Notes under the pieces: model-generated
What the model was told of the DNA's origin: nothing
The model's input: only the letters and a program-made list of their open reading frames with translations
The model's database searches: none
Assembly (NCBI GenBank): GCA_963668095.1
Contig: OY764083.1
Span: 1,201,085 to 1,265,084, forward strand
Source of the DNA: Acidobacteriota bacterium
GTDB lineage: Bacteria; Acidobacteriota; UBA6911; RPQK01; JAJDTT01
Direction of reading: 5' to 3'
DNA: 64,000 bases
Part shown: in pieces, positions 30,705 to 41,432 of the stretch
Numbering within the stretch: position 1 is the stretch's first letter
Layout of the letters: each line of letters opens with the position of its first letter
Program-made: the position numbers and the translations under genes

Positions 30705-32222
30705 ATGCGACGACGTCTGCAGAGCCGAAGATATTCGATACCGCCTGTAGTCGTGTCCAGCCTGTTGGTCTTCCTTTTTCAGGCTGGGGCCGGGGCCTGG
30801 TCTCAGGAGAATCGACCGGGCGATTCCTTCGCCATCCGCTCACCGGAAATCTGCGGCGCGGCGAACCGGACGCTCCCCAAGTGGGCGTTTGAGCAGGAAT
30901 CACCAGAGCAGTCTGTGCGGCTGTTGCAGGATCGTCTCCGCTCGAACCCTCAAGATCCCATGCTCAACTATCAACTGGGAATCCTCTACCAAGCCCGGAA
31001 TCAGTTCCAGAAAGCCATCGCCCAGTATTGGAAAAGCAGGAGCCTGGATCAGGACTCAGATCTTTATTCGTTGGCCCTGGCCTCGATTTTGTTTCACTGT
31101 AAGCAACGTCGAGAAGCCATTCAAGTGCTGCAGACCTTTCTGGAACGGCATCCGAAGTCTCTCCCCGGTATTCGCTTCCTGTGCCGGATATACATCCAGG
31201 AGAGCCAGTTTGATCAAGCACTGGCTTCAGCGCAGAAAGGCCTGGTGCTGGACCCCGGCGACAGCTACGGACATTACCTCTTGGGAATCAGCCATAAGGG
31301 ACTGATGCAATTCGAGGAAGCGAAAGCTGCATTGGAGCAGGCCGTTGCCCTGGCTCCCTCGTACGCCGAGGCCCGCTTGGAATTGGGTTTGCTTTACAGC
31401 GCCGATCACAAGACCTTCGGCCTGGCCGTCGAGAACCTGAAGCTGGCTCTCTCGTCAGGATTGGTTCGACCCGATGTTCACAAAAACCTGGGATTCGTGT
31501 TCCTCAAACTGGGAGAGTATGAGCAAGCGGTTGAACAGTTGGAGCTGGCTCTGCAAGGCAGGCCGGACTATGTGGAACCCCATTATCTGCTGGCTGATGC
31601 ATTCCGAAAACTGGGGATGAGGGAGAAAGCGGCTGCCGCTCTGAAACGATTCCAATCCCTGAGGACAGCAGCCCGGGAAAGGCTGGCTCTGGAAAACAGA
31701 GGCCCGAGGCTTTACGCGAAGGGAATGGACCTCTTGTCCAAGCAAGCTGCGCCGGAGCAGGCCTATGCGGCCTTTCTTCAATCCGTTGAGGCTTCCCCCG
31801 GCATGGATCTGGGTTTCTATCGCCTGGCCCAAATCGACTACAAGAGGGGCGACCGCCAACGCGCGGCCGATTGGATTCGGCAGGCGATTCAAGTGTATCC
31901 GCTTGATGCACGATACCACTTTGTACTGGCCAGACTCTTGGAGCAGACGCATGTAGCCGGTTCCCTCGACGCCGTCAGGACGGCCATCGAATTGAACCCG
32001 ACGAATGCGGACTACCACAACTTCCTGGGCAATCTGCTCTTCCAACGGGATGACTTTCAGGGTGCCGTCCAAGCTTATCGCCGGTCCGTAGAAATGGACC
32101 CGGACGACCCCATCCCGCACTTGAATCTGGCCACTACGCTGCCCAAGATCGGGGCCGCTCAGGAAGCCGAAAGAGAAAGAGAGATCTACTTCCGACTGAC
32201 CCGCGGAAGGAATCCCGAGTAG
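30705..32222 (+). CDS. tetratricopeptide (TPR) repeat protein
   Basis: Multiple TPR-like units (e.g. AIAQYWKSRSLDQDSDLYSLALA, AKAALEQAVALAPSYAEARLELGLLY). Signal-anchor MRRRLQSRRYSIPPVVVSSLLVFLF supports a start near 30705 (ORF maximum 30555). Confidence 0.75.
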   Translation: MRRRLQSRRYSIPPVVVSSLLVFLFQAGAGAWSQENRPGDSFAIRSPEICGAANRTLPKWAFEQESPEQSVRLLQDRLRSNPQDPMLNYQLGILYQARNQFQKAIAQYWKSRSLDQDSDLYSLALASILFHCKQRREAIQVLQTFLERHPKSLPGIRFLCRIYIQESQFDQALASAQKGLVLDPGDSYGHYLLGISHKGLMQFEEAKAALEQAVALAPSYAEARLELGLLYSADHKTFGLAVENLKLALSSGLVRPDVHKNLGFVFLKLGEYEQAVEQLELALQGRPDYVEPHYLLADAFRKLGMREKAAAALKRFQSLRTAARERLALENRGPRLYAKGMDLLSKQAAPEQAYAAFLQSVEASPGMDLGFYRLAQIDYKRGDRQRAADWIRQAIQVYPLDARYHFVLARLLEQTHVAGSLDAVRTAIELNPTNADYHNFLGNLLFQRDDFQGAVQAYRRSVEMDPDDPIPHLNLATTLPKIGAAQEAEREREIYFRLTRGRNPE

Positions 32223-33935
32223 ATGCGGCGTCGACTCTCGACCGCGGTGCTTTTCCCGCTGCTTGCCGTCGAAGCTTGGGCCCTCGTTGAATCTCCCAAT
32301 CCCGGCTCCTCGGTAACCTTTCAGGATGTGACCGAACAAGCCGGTATCCGTTTCTCGCACCGGAATTCGCCTACTCCCAAGAGATATGCCGTGGCAACGG
32401 TGGGATCAGGATGCGGATTTATCGACTTTGACAAAGATGGCTACCAGGACATTTTGCTCATCAACGGCGGCTGGACTCCGGGTACCGACAAGAATCTCCC
32501 CTTCGATCACTCCCTTTATCGAAACCGGGGAGACGGCACCTTCCAGGAGGTGACTACCCAGGCCGGAATTGAAGCCAATCAGTACTACGGAATGGGCGTC
32601 GCCGTCGGCGATTACGACAATGACGGATTCGACGATTTCTTCATAACCAATTTTGCCGGTCCCGATCTCCTCTATCGCAATAATGGAGACGGAACCTTTC
32701 GCAACAGGTCGATGGCGGCGGGTGTGGGAGGCGATGGCCGATGGAGTTCGAGTGCAGCCTTCTTCGATTTTGACAATGACGGTTTCCTGGATCTCTATGT
32801 GGTCGGTTACACAGATCATTCACTTGATAAAAATAATCCGATCTGTAAACACGGACCCATCGTGGCCACGTGTGGTCCCGAGGCCTTCAACGGTGTCCCT
32901 GACGTCCTCTTTCGAAACCATGGCGACGGCACCTTTGCCGAGGTGGGTCAAAAAGCCCGCGTCGCTCAGTTTGCAGGAAAGGGTCTGGGGGTGGCGCCAC
33001 TCGATTATGACCGGGACGGCCTGGTCGACATTTACGTGGCCAACGACGGAGTCGACAATTTTCTCTTCAGGAACCAGGGGGATGGATCTTTTTCCGAGGT
33101 GGGGCTGTTGACCGGAACCGCTCTTGACGAGAACGGGGAGCCGCAGGCAGGCATGGGAGTCGTCGCTGGAGACTACGACGGGGACGGGCTTCTCGATCTG
33201 GCGGTGACCAATCTGGACTTGGAATACCTGGCCCTTTACAAGAACATGGGTGACGGCTTTTTTGAAGACATGAGCTCCCGTGCCGGTGTTCTGGCTCCCA
33301 GCCGGCCCTTTGTGGGTTTTGGCCTGGGTTTGATCGATGTGGACAATGATTCGGATCCGGACCTGGTCGTCGCTAATGGCCACATTATGGACAACGCGGC
33401 CCAACTGAGAGCAGGGGCATCCTACCGGCAACCCAAACTTCTGCTGGAGAACGTCGGCGGCCTGTACGAGGACGTCACCTCCGAGCGTGGCGAAGTATTG
33501 ACGGTTCCTCAGGTCAGCCGGGGCCTGGCCTGGGCCGATTACGACAATGACGGCGACCTCGACGTGCTGGTCAGCAATTGCGGCGGAAGCCCGGTGCTGT
33601 TGCGCAACGAGGGAGGCAACGAAAATGCCTGGCTGCAATTGAAACTGGTCGGTAAAAAATCCAACCGAAACGGTTTCGGGGCTCTTGTGGAGCTCAAATT
33701 TGGCGAGAAACGCCTGGTCTCCCAGGTCACCTCGGCCGGCAGCTATCTTTCGGCCAGCGACTATCGAGTTCATTTCGGCCTGGGAGAATACCAGGGCAAC
33801 GTCGAGATCACGGTCTACTGGCCAAGTGGAATCCGAGATCATCTCCGAGAGCTGCAACCTCGGCAGATCGTCGTGGTGGAGGAAGGAAGCACCAACCATC
33901 CAGCGACAGCAGCCGAGGCAAGAGTTCCGGGCTAA
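32223..33935 (+). CDS. CRTAC1 family protein (FG-GAP/VCBS repeats + ASPIC/UnbV C-terminal domain)
   Basis: Repeated FDxDNDGxxD(L/I)(F/Y)(V/I) motifs and the C-terminal NRNGFGALVELKFGEKRLVSQVTSAGSYLSASDYRVHFGLGEY (ASPIC/UnbV). ATG directly follows the TPR stop, suggesting coupling. Confidence 0.8.
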   Translation: MRRRLSTAVLFPLLAVEAWALVESPNPGSSVTFQDVTEQAGIRFSHRNSPTPKRYAVATVGSGCGFIDFDKDGYQDILLINGGWTPGTDKNLPFDHSLYRNRGDGTFQEVTTQAGIEANQYYGMGVAVGDYDNDGFDDFFITNFAGPDLLYRNNGDGTFRNRSMAAGVGGDGRWSSSAAFFDFDNDGFLDLYVVGYTDHSLDKNNPICKHGPIVATCGPEAFNGVPDVLFRNHGDGTFAEVGQKARVAQFAGKGLGVAPLDYDRDGLVDIYVANDGVDNFLFRNQGDGSFSEVGLLTGTALDENGEPQAGMGVVAGDYDGDGLLDLAVTNLDLEYLALYKNMGDGFFEDMSSRAGVLAPSRPFVGFGLGLIDVDNDSDPDLVVANGHIMDNAAQLRAGASYRQPKLLLENVGGLYEDVTSERGEVLTVPQVSRGLAWADYDNDGDLDVLVSNCGGSPVLLRNEGGNENAWLQLKLVGKKSNRNGFGALVELKFGEKRLVSQVTSAGSYLSASDYRVHFGLGEYQGNVEITVYWPSGIRDHLRELQPRQIVVVEEGSTNHPATAAEARVPG

Positions 33936-33966
33936 GAATGGGTGAGATCAACGTTGGATCCGGAAC

Positions 33967-35568
33967 TCATTCCACAAACTGAAACGCATACAGGTCCGCA
34001 TCCTGCAAGGTAAAGCGCAGACGTATCGCCTGACCCGCAATCCTGCTCACATCCGTGGAACCGTTCCAGGAAACCGTTCGGTCGATCTCATTCCCGAAGG
34101 TCTCATTCGCTTCCGGCAACGAGAAGCCGGGGATCGGACGGCCCTCGGCGTCCTGTATTTCAACCTTGAGTGTGCCCGCCGCCGAGGTGGCGAAATTCAC
34201 CTTCAGCTCGCTTCCTTCAAACTTCAAGATTCGGGTCAGCAACTCGCCGCCCTGCATCGGCGCCGAGGCTGAGACGAATCCATCCAAACGCAGGGTGTAG
34301 CGGCTCATCTTTCCACCTTTGCCGTGCCAATAGGCCGAGGAGGCATAGAAGGACAATTCATTGGGAGCTCCGGCTCGGGCCGCTTTGGTTTCCAGCATCT
34401 TCCAGGCCACTGTCTGGTGAGCGTAATACCACGAGTCGTCACGTTGAATGCCAGGTCGAATGAACCCTTCATTCCAGCGCTTGAACTTCACACCGTCACG
34501 GCTTGCCATGATCAGGGTTTCGGTCAAAGCCGTTCCAAAGCGTTGATGCGAGCTGGCTCTCAATTCCCGTTTCTCGAGGTCCGGAAGAGCTTTCATCGAA
34601 GCTGACCAACCTCGCTCGATATATCGTTGCGGTGTTCCCACCAGGATGTGGGGCGCCCGGTGATAGGGCGCCACGTTGTTTATGTACATATGCTCTTCGG
34701 GAGAATCGACGTAGGTCAAATCGGCGTAGTGGTCCCAGTCCAGAAAATTTCCGGAAGTGGCGGTTCGAATGGCTCGGTATCCAGCCGGTTTCCAATTGTC
34801 CTTTTCGGTGACTCCGCCGGTGAAGGTTCGCCAGTAGGCACGGTACCGGCCGATGGTCGGATCCCAGAAGCCAAGGTTGGCAGAATCAAACGCACCGTTG
34901 GTGATTACGGGTTCTTCCTGCATCAGGGACCAGTGGATGCCGTCCGGGGACTTGTAGGCGAACAGTCCGCCCTCTCTCTTGATGCCGGCCAATGCCTTGT
35001 ACCGTTCCTCCCGGGGGCAGGCGGGGTTCTCGTCGATCACGGGCATGAAATTATGAGTGCCGATTCCATCCAAAATGATGTTGTTCTGTTTCGATCCCTC
35101 GTATTCGACGATGCCGAGGTCGGGCTTGACCCAGTGGATTCCATCCTGGCTCCGGGCAACACAGGTGACCGGTTTGCCGTCGAATACAAGCTTGCCCGGG
35201 AGGGTGTTGAAGTTCCAACCGCGATAGTACATGCGGTAGCCGTCGCCATCCTGGATTACGGTGTGGCTTCCGCTGGCGTTTCCTTCCCAGGGTGCATCAT
35301 GTTCGATCACGACCTCGCGAAAGACCGGATGATGAAGTCGAAGCCGGGCAGTGCCTGAGAACTGCTCGATCATGAAGTCGTCCAGAAACAACTCGCGGCG
35401 CGACCCCATGGGAACGGCCTCATCGGTGCTCTTCCGGCCCGCGCCAGCGGGTACGACCGGTCGCATGGCAGTTGCTACCGCTATCAAGGGAATATGATTC
35501 AAAAAGGTGCGACGATTGGTTGTCCCGTTCACTCTCCATCTCCTCTGCGATGGTGACTCTTCGGCCAT
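33967..35568 (-). CDS. secreted Asp-box beta-propeller protein, paralog family member 3
   Basis: GSRRELFLDDFMIEQF…LHHP, SQDGIHWVKP, SPDGIHWSLMQEEPVI, C-terminal …LRFTLQDADLYAFQFVE. TAT-like NRRTFL motif. Confidence 0.6.
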   Translation of the reverse strand: MAEESPSQRRWRVNGTTNRRTFLNHIPLIAVATAMRPVVPAGAGRKSTDEAVPMGSRRELFLDDFMIEQFSGTARLRLHHPVFREVVIEHDAPWEGNASGSHTVIQDGDGYRMYYRGWNFNTLPGKLVFDGKPVTCVARSQDGIHWVKPDLGIVEYEGSKQNNIILDGIGTHNFMPVIDENPACPREERYKALAGIKREGGLFAYKSPDGIHWSLMQEEPVITNGAFDSANLGFWDPTIGRYRAYWRTFTGGVTEKDNWKPAGYRAIRTATSGNFLDWDHYADLTYVDSPEEHMYINNVAPYHRAPHILVGTPQRYIERGWSASMKALPDLEKRELRASSHQRFGTALTETLIMASRDGVKFKRWNEGFIRPGIQRDDSWYYAHQTVAWKMLETKAARAGAPNELSFYASSAYWHGKGGKMSRYTLRLDGFVSASAPMQGGELLTRILKFEGSELKVNFATSAAGTLKVEIQDAEGRPIPGFSLPEANETFGNEIDRTVSWNGSTDVSRIAGQAIRLRFTLQDADLYAFQFVE

Positions 35569-35865
35569 GGGATCCTCATCAGACCGTCGAGACGGCCGCC
35601 TGACCCGAATTTCTCAACGGAACGATAGATAAAGACCGGGTTCTGTGCTATAAGTGTATTTAAGAGAACCACTTACGGCACCAACAGGTCTCGCAGGCCC
35701 CGCGCCCATCTCGTGGGGCAACGACCGTTTCCGCTTTCTCGCAGCCGTTCTGGTCTTTTCGATGGGAACTGAAGTCAATATAACAATAATACCATCAATA
35801 TATTGCATTGCAGTATTCCTGGCCGCGCTGTCCGGGAGGGAACAGGCTGCCAAGAGGAGGATCAA

Positions 35866-38592
35866 ATGGACAGGAACCTGACATTTTCCAGGCCGAAGGT
35901 CTGCTGCCTATTGCTCCTCACCATTCCGGCTCTCCTACACGTATGTTCTCCCCTTCTCGCCGGCCCCAGCAGGCTGTTGCTTCGAGAGTTCGATCGGGCC
36001 ATCAGCAGGTGGGTGGTCCGAGACGGCGAGGGGATCCGCTACCTCCTGACGGCCAGGAGGGGACCCGAGGGACGGGCCGGCTTCGCCCTTCGAATCTCAA
36101 AAAACACCCGACCTCGATCCCTGGAGGATTTTCTTCCCCCGGTCGACCTCGTCCCTCCCCGGAGCGCCCGTGAATCGATCGAATGCGCCGGCATGGCCCT
36201 GGATGGCGCCGGCCGTCTGCATTTCGTCTGGAGCACTAAAAAGGGCCATTCCGGTTACAGCTTGATGAGCCTGGATCGACTCAAGAGGCGTCCGGAGGCC
36301 GGAGAGGAGCCACTCTGGGTGAATCCAGCCGACGGGACGCGGGGAGCGCTGATTCTGGCTGAGGCGGCTTCGCTCGTGGGTGACGTCAGGCAGGCGCCCA
36401 ACGGAGACGTCTGGCTGGCATGGACGGCCGGGACGGGCAACGACGTCTCCCTGCATCTAGGGACCGTAAGGGGCGGAAAATGGCAATCCTTCGAAGTCGC
36501 CGCCGGAGACAGCCACGCTCCACCCGCTCTCCTCATTGACGGCGGCGGGCGCTTTCACCTGGCGTGGCACAACCGCGAAGGGCGTGGTTTCTATCTCAGC
36601 AAAGAGCCTTCGGATCTGCAAGAGACGCTCAAAGGGTCTGCTCTTGAAACCCGGGCCTCCTCTTCCCTGCCCGCCGGACCCTGGAGGCTCTGGGCCTATC
36701 GGCCGGCCCTGGTGGAGACACCCGCCGGAATACTGGCTGTCCATGAGTCCGGAACGTCGGAGTTGAGATCCGTGTTCCCAGGGGGCGAAAAAAAGAAAAA
36801 CTTTCCGCTTACCGGTGAGGACGAAAGGTTCGCGTGGGATTTCTGTCACTCGCCCCGGTTTGCCGTCGACCGCTACGGCATCCCCTGGGTTTTCTTCATC
36901 AACGGCACCCGCCAGCACGTGTTTTACGCCCGCTGGCTGGAAAAGCAGTGGAGTCCGATCTTGAACGCCTACTGGCTCACGCTCAATACGCCCAGAATGG
37001 ATGAAAATCATCTCTCCATCGACCGGTTGGCGGTGGAGGAGAGAATGTCCGGGGATGCTGAGGGGATCGGCGTCTCCATCACCCACGAAAGCCGGTTTCC
37101 CCAGACGGCCTATCACACGATGCCGGTCCCGTCTCTGACAGCCACTCCCGGAACCACCGTCTTGTTTTTGGACCTGAAGGAGTTGAAAGCACTGGACGGT
37201 CTGCAACTGAAGGTCAACGAGGCCGTGAAATACCAGGGAAACCCGGTGATCGCGAGGGGAACCGCCGGGGATTTCGATGCCGGCGGGGCCTCACAATTGG
37301 GCGTCCTGAAAGAGAATGGCGTGTACCGCATGTGGTATTCTGGGGTCTTCCGCGAACCCGGGTCCAAGTGGCCCGAGTCGGGCCCCGTGCCCATGCGCCG
37401 AATCGGTTATGCGGAGAGCAGGGACGGTTACCACTTCAGGAAAGTCGATCTGGGGATGGTTCCCTTTGGAGGCCGGGAGCGTACGAATCTGGTTCCGGGA
37501 CTTCCCCCCGCTCCGGTTTACAAGCCCATCTTCGCGGGGGGCATCCATCGTGACGCCCATGAGGCGGACCCGGCGAAAAGGTACAAACTGCTGAAGTGGG
37601 ACCGGGATCCCGTCGAAGATTCGAATGCGCCGCACCTGCCGGAGAGACAGCGCTGGACCCTGTTCACTTCACCTGACGGAATCCGGTGGAGGGAGCAGGT
37701 GGCAGGGAACATTTCCTTTCCTGCCGGCCAGCCCGGTTCTTTCGTGCCCATGTCGCTTTTTTTCGATGGGGCGGAAAAGGATCCGGGAAAGAGGTACAAG
37801 GCTTACGGTTTTACTTCTCTGAACATCAGCCGCCGCGGGGGAGCCTACGGCTACAGCCCGGATGCCGTTCACTGGACGGGGCATCCACAGAACCCCATTT
37901 TTGACCCCTTTGCCCGAAGCATACCCGTCGTGAGAAGCGGCAAGGTGGAACAGATCCATGATGCGGTGGTGTGGAAGCGCCACGGCTACTACCTGGCCCT
38001 CTATCAATACCAGCACAGCAGTACGAACATGGATGTGGAACTGGCCGCGAGCCGTGACGGAGAGTACTTCGCATTCATCCAACCCGGCGAGAAGGTGATC
38101 ACTCGCGGCGCTCCGGACGCCTGGGACTCGGACATGGTCGCACCGTCCGTGCCCCTGGTGGATGGCGAAGATATCAAGTTGTACTACGGAGGCTGGCGCA
38201 GTTCGCCCTGGGCGGAAGGACAGCCCTCAGGGGGCGTGGCTACGCTGAGACTCGACGGCTTTACCCATCTGGAGTTGGTGAAGGACCGGGCTCGAGGGAG
38301 TCTCACCACCATTCCCATCGGTCCCGGCGCGGCTTCTGAACTCTATGTGAACGCCGACTGCAGCGAGGGCGGCTTCCTGCAGGTCGAGCTGATCGATCCC
38401 GCCACCGGACGGCCCCTGCCGGGGTATTCCAGAGAGGAGAGTCCCCGGTTCGAGGGGGACTCGTTGGCTTGGAGAGTCGAATGGGAGCATGGAAGGGGCC
38501 TCCACGGGCTGAAGGTGGTTTCGTTCCAGATCAAGTTCCACCTGGCCGCCACCGGGGGATCCCCCAAACTCTATTCATTCAGTCTGAAGTAG
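35866..38592 (+). CDS. large secreted protein: novel N-terminal region + C-terminal beta-propeller glycosidase-like domain related to the paralog family
   Basis: AGGAGG RBS before the ATG at 35866 and a signal peptide. N-terminal half carries repeated …HFVWS/…LAWT/…HLAWH blades. C-terminal half reads NPVIARGTAGDFDAGGAS…YRMWYSG and ends …KLYSFSLK. Confidence 0.55.
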   Translation: MDRNLTFSRPKVCCLLLLTIPALLHVCSPLLAGPSRLLLREFDRAISRWVVRDGEGIRYLLTARRGPEGRAGFALRISKNTRPRSLEDFLPPVDLVPPRSARESIECAGMALDGAGRLHFVWSTKKGHSGYSLMSLDRLKRRPEAGEEPLWVNPADGTRGALILAEAASLVGDVRQAPNGDVWLAWTAGTGNDVSLHLGTVRGGKWQSFEVAAGDSHAPPALLIDGGGRFHLAWHNREGRGFYLSKEPSDLQETLKGSALETRASSSLPAGPWRLWAYRPALVETPAGILAVHESGTSELRSVFPGGEKKKNFPLTGEDERFAWDFCHSPRFAVDRYGIPWVFFINGTRQHVFYARWLEKQWSPILNAYWLTLNTPRMDENHLSIDRLAVEERMSGDAEGIGVSITHESRFPQTAYHTMPVPSLTATPGTTVLFLDLKELKALDGLQLKVNEAVKYQGNPVIARGTAGDFDAGGASQLGVLKENGVYRMWYSGVFREPGSKWPESGPVPMRRIGYAESRDGYHFRKVDLGMVPFGGRERTNLVPGLPPAPVYKPIFAGGIHRDAHEADPAKRYKLLKWDRDPVEDSNAPHLPERQRWTLFTSPDGIRWREQVAGNISFPAGQPGSFVPMSLFFDGAEKDPGKRYKAYGFTSLNISRRGGAYGYSPDAVHWTGHPQNPIFDPFARSIPVVRSGKVEQIHDAVVWKRHGYYLALYQYQHSSTNMDVELAASRDGEYFAFIQPGEKVITRGAPDAWDSDMVAPSVPLVDGEDIKLYYGGWRSSPWAEGQPSGGVATLRLDGFTHLELVKDRARGSLTTIPIGPGAASELYVNADCSEGGFLQVELIDPATGRPLPGYSREESPRFEGDSLAWRVEWEHGRGLHGLKVVSFQIKFHLAATGGSPKLYSFSLK

Positions 38593-38605
38593 AACAACGA
38601 TTCCG

Positions 38606-40276
38606 GTGTCTTCAGGGTTCTTGTATAATCAGGATGTGAACCCGCCCATTCTTTCTTTTGAAAGAATTCTCCGTCGATTGCTGATTGCTCTTCTCCTGTC
38701 TTGTCTGCCGAAGGTTCCGATCCTGGCTGGAGCCCAGGAGAACAAGTCCAGGAAGTCCCCGCCTCAAGCCCAGCTCAAAGAGGAAGCGGAAGACTACTTT
38801 CAACGCTGGTTGGAGCAGGACGTCGTCTACGTGATCTCCAAGGCAGAACGCGCAGTCTTCGAGAGTCTGACCGCCCCGGAAGAAAAGGAACAGTTCATCG
38901 AACAGTTCTGGTTTCAAAGAGATCCGGATCCGCGCAGTGCCGCCAACGAGTTCAAGGAGGAACACTATCGCCGGATCGCCTATGCCAATGAGAGATTCGC
39001 CAGCGGCTTTCCCGGATGGATGAATGATCGAGGCCGCATCTACATCATTCACGGGCCACCCGACGAGATCGAAGCGCACCCTTCCGGCGGGAGGTATGAG
39101 CGGCCCCTTGAAGAGGGAGGAGGAACGACCGTAGCTCATCCGTTCGAAGTCTGGAGGTACCGCTTCGTAGAAGGCCTTGGCTCCGATGTCATCCTGGAGT
39201 TCGTAGACCCTTCTTGGAGTGGGGAATACAGGCTCGCCCTCAACCCCGACGAGAAGGATGCCCTGCTCAATGTGGCCGGCGCAGGCAATACGATCGCTGA
39301 AATGATTCAGCGCGACGAATCCCTGGAAGGGACGACCTTCACGTCGCCCGGAAACGCCAATCTCCGAAGCTTTCGAGCCCGGGACACCGCCTTCGACCGC
39401 TATGAAACGTTTACTAAAATCCGGCACGCCAAGCCCCTCAAGCATCGTGATCTGAAACGCCTCGTGGAGATCGACGTCACCTACCAGGACCTTCCCTTTT
39501 CTCACCGGGTCGATTATTTCGGCCTCGACGAGACGCGCTCACTCGTACCCGTAAGTGTCGAAATCCACGATCGTGAACTCACCTTCGGTGAGGAAGAGCA
39601 TGGAAGGCGGGCCCGCATGGCGGTCTATGGAATCGTAACCAATTTGTCGAATCGGATTGTGGACGAATTCGAAGCGGATCTGGTGAGCGATTATCGAGCC
39701 CGGACCGCCCGCTCCGTCTATCAAAAGGTTTTGGTGCTGGAACGAAAGGGCCGCTACAAGCTGGACCTGATCATCAAGGATCTCATCAGTGGGCGTGTGG
39801 GTGTACGCCGTCTGGTATTGATTCCACCGCCTCACCGGTCCGAGCTATCAGTCAGCTCGATTCTGCTCTCGAATCGAATCACACGACTGGAGAGTGCCCC
39901 GGAGCGCCATGCGATGTTCGTTCTGGGGGACTTTCACATCCGACCGAGCTTGGACAAAGTCTTCCGGCCCTCAGAAAATCTCAACTTTTATCTCCAAGTG
40001 TACAACGTTGCCCTGGATCAGACCGCAATGAGGCCCTCGCTGAGGGTCGCGTACCGGGTGGCAAAAGATGGACACCCGGTCGCGCAGTTCATCGACATCA
40101 TGGGTAGGTCGATACAATATCTCTCCGAGCAGAGAATCGTGCTGGTCCTGCCCATCTCCCTTCAGAGCTTTGAGCCGGGAAGCTATGAGATCACAGTGAC
40201 GGTGAAGGATCTGATCCAGGAAAGAGAGGTTCGAGCCTCCGAGGCCTTTGACGTGGCAGCAGAGGCCGCCGGCTGA
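38606..40276 (+). CDS. GWxTD domain-containing protein
   Basis: FWFQRDPDPRSAANEFKEEHYRRIAYANERFASGFPGWMNDRGRIYIIHGPPDEI matches the GWxTD domain consensus. N-terminal signal peptide. Confidence 0.7.
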   Translation: MSSGFLYNQDVNPPILSFERILRRLLIALLLSCLPKVPILAGAQENKSRKSPPQAQLKEEAEDYFQRWLEQDVVYVISKAERAVFESLTAPEEKEQFIEQFWFQRDPDPRSAANEFKEEHYRRIAYANERFASGFPGWMNDRGRIYIIHGPPDEIEAHPSGGRYERPLEEGGGTTVAHPFEVWRYRFVEGLGSDVILEFVDPSWSGEYRLALNPDEKDALLNVAGAGNTIAEMIQRDESLEGTTFTSPGNANLRSFRARDTAFDRYETFTKIRHAKPLKHRDLKRLVEIDVTYQDLPFSHRVDYFGLDETRSLVPVSVEIHDRELTFGEEEHGRRARMAVYGIVTNLSNRIVDEFEADLVSDYRARTARSVYQKVLVLERKGRYKLDLIIKDLISGRVGVRRLVLIPPPHRSELSVSSILLSNRITRLESAPERHAMFVLGDFHIRPSLDKVFRPSENLNFYLQVYNVALDQTAMRPSLRVAYRVAKDGHPVAQFIDIMGRSIQYLSEQRIVLVLPISLQSFEPGSYEITVTVKDLIQEREVRASEAFDVAAEAAG

Positions 40277-40421
40277 GAGGCCTCCCGGATCCGTTCTTAA
40301 GCCAGTCCCTTGCCTGACCCGACTGAATAATCAAGGACGGCCCGATTCCTGAGCTACTTTCACGGTCAGGACGACTTCCGGATGACTTCCACTTCTACGC
40401 ATCCGCTCGATGAGTCTCTCT

Positions 40422-41432
40422 TCAACCCACCAACTCCGCCACCCCGATTCCAGCAAAGCGATTGCCGTCATAGAACATGTAGGTATGTTCCGCAGAGTGC
40501 CAAATGCAAGGGTAGCAGGTCATTTCGCTGTCCCAGCCCGACTCGCTGACCTCGAGAACCGGTTCGGGCCACCACTTCCACCGTATTCCGTCCGGGCTCT
40601 CGGCGTAGTGAACGCGGTAGAGACGGCGCTGGTCTTCGACGACGCTGAACCACATTCGAAAGCCGTTCCGGGTCTTCTCCACGAAGGGCTTGGAACAGGT
40701 TGAAAAGTAGGAGTCAAGCCGGGGCGGAATACTGATCAGCGCCCCCGCGGGATGTGGCCTGAAAGTATGGCCCCCGTCGTTCGAAACGGCGAGGGCAATG
40801 GAAATCTTGCTGTGCGTCTCAGGCCAGCGCACGACGGCCGTATACCACATCCAATACTGCGAACCGACCTTCAGGACGGCGCAGGAACCAGTGCCGTGCT
40901 CGTCGCAGGAAAAGGGCCTTCCCAATTCCAACAGGGCCCGGCCGCTGCGTTTCCAGGTCAGGCCGGCGTCGTCGCTCTCGGCCAAAGTGGTCCGATAGGC
41001 TTTGAACCTGCCGAAGGGGTGATAGTCTCCGCCCCAGCCACAGTAATACAGGTGCCAGTGTTTCTCGGTGACGGGCACCACCCAGGGATAACTCACCCAG
41101 TGGGAATCGATCGACCCGGGCGCACCGAAGTCCAAAAGCGGCTGGTTCGAAGCTTTCCTCCAACTCAAGGGATCGGAAATGTCAGCTTCCGCAAGGCCGA
41201 TTCGCCTCCGCTGATCCTCGATGCTCATGTAGTACATTCGCAGTTGATCGCCGGACTGGACGACGTGAGGAGCGGACGGGCGCCGGTCCCAGCCACCTTC
41301 ATCTCCGTCGGGAAAAATGAGCTTCAGTTTCCTCCACCTCTGGCCCTGAAAGTGGGTTGACAGACTCATCCCGGTCCTCGCCCCCAGCAGAGGCGGCAAC
41401 GTCGTTGCATAGAGGAACTTACGCCGGTTCAT
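40422..41432 (-). CDS. TAT-secreted beta-propeller glycosidase-like protein (Asp-box containing)
   Basis: MNRRKFLYATTLPPLLGA TAT signal. Asp-box-like SNDGGHTF, SPDGIRWK and ESDDAGLTWK, with repeated W/Y-rich blades. Start taken at the ATG for MNRRKF (41432); ORF maximum is 41483. Confidence 0.55.
   Translation of the reverse strand: MNRRKFLYATTLPPLLGARTGMSLSTHFQGQRWRKLKLIFPDGDEGGWDRRPSAPHVVQSGDQLRMYYMSIEDQRRRIGLAEADISDPLSWRKASNQPLLDFGAPGSIDSHWVSYPWVVPVTEKHWHLYYCGWGGDYHPFGRFKAYRTTLAESDDAGLTWKRSGRALLELGRPFSCDEHGTGSCAVLKVGSQYWMWYTAVVRWPETHSKISIALAVSNDGGHTFRPHPAGALISIPPRLDSYFSTCSKPFVEKTRNGFRMWFSVVEDQRRLYRVHYAESPDGIRWKWWPEPVLEVSESGWDSEMTCYPCIWHSAEHTYMFYDGNRFAGIGVAELVG

Noticed and set aside
38606-38680. 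Alternative GTG start (MNPPILSF…) for the GWxTD gene
   Set aside because: Could not decide between ATG 38606 and an internal GTG from sequence alone. Kept the longest ORF and noted the uncertainty.
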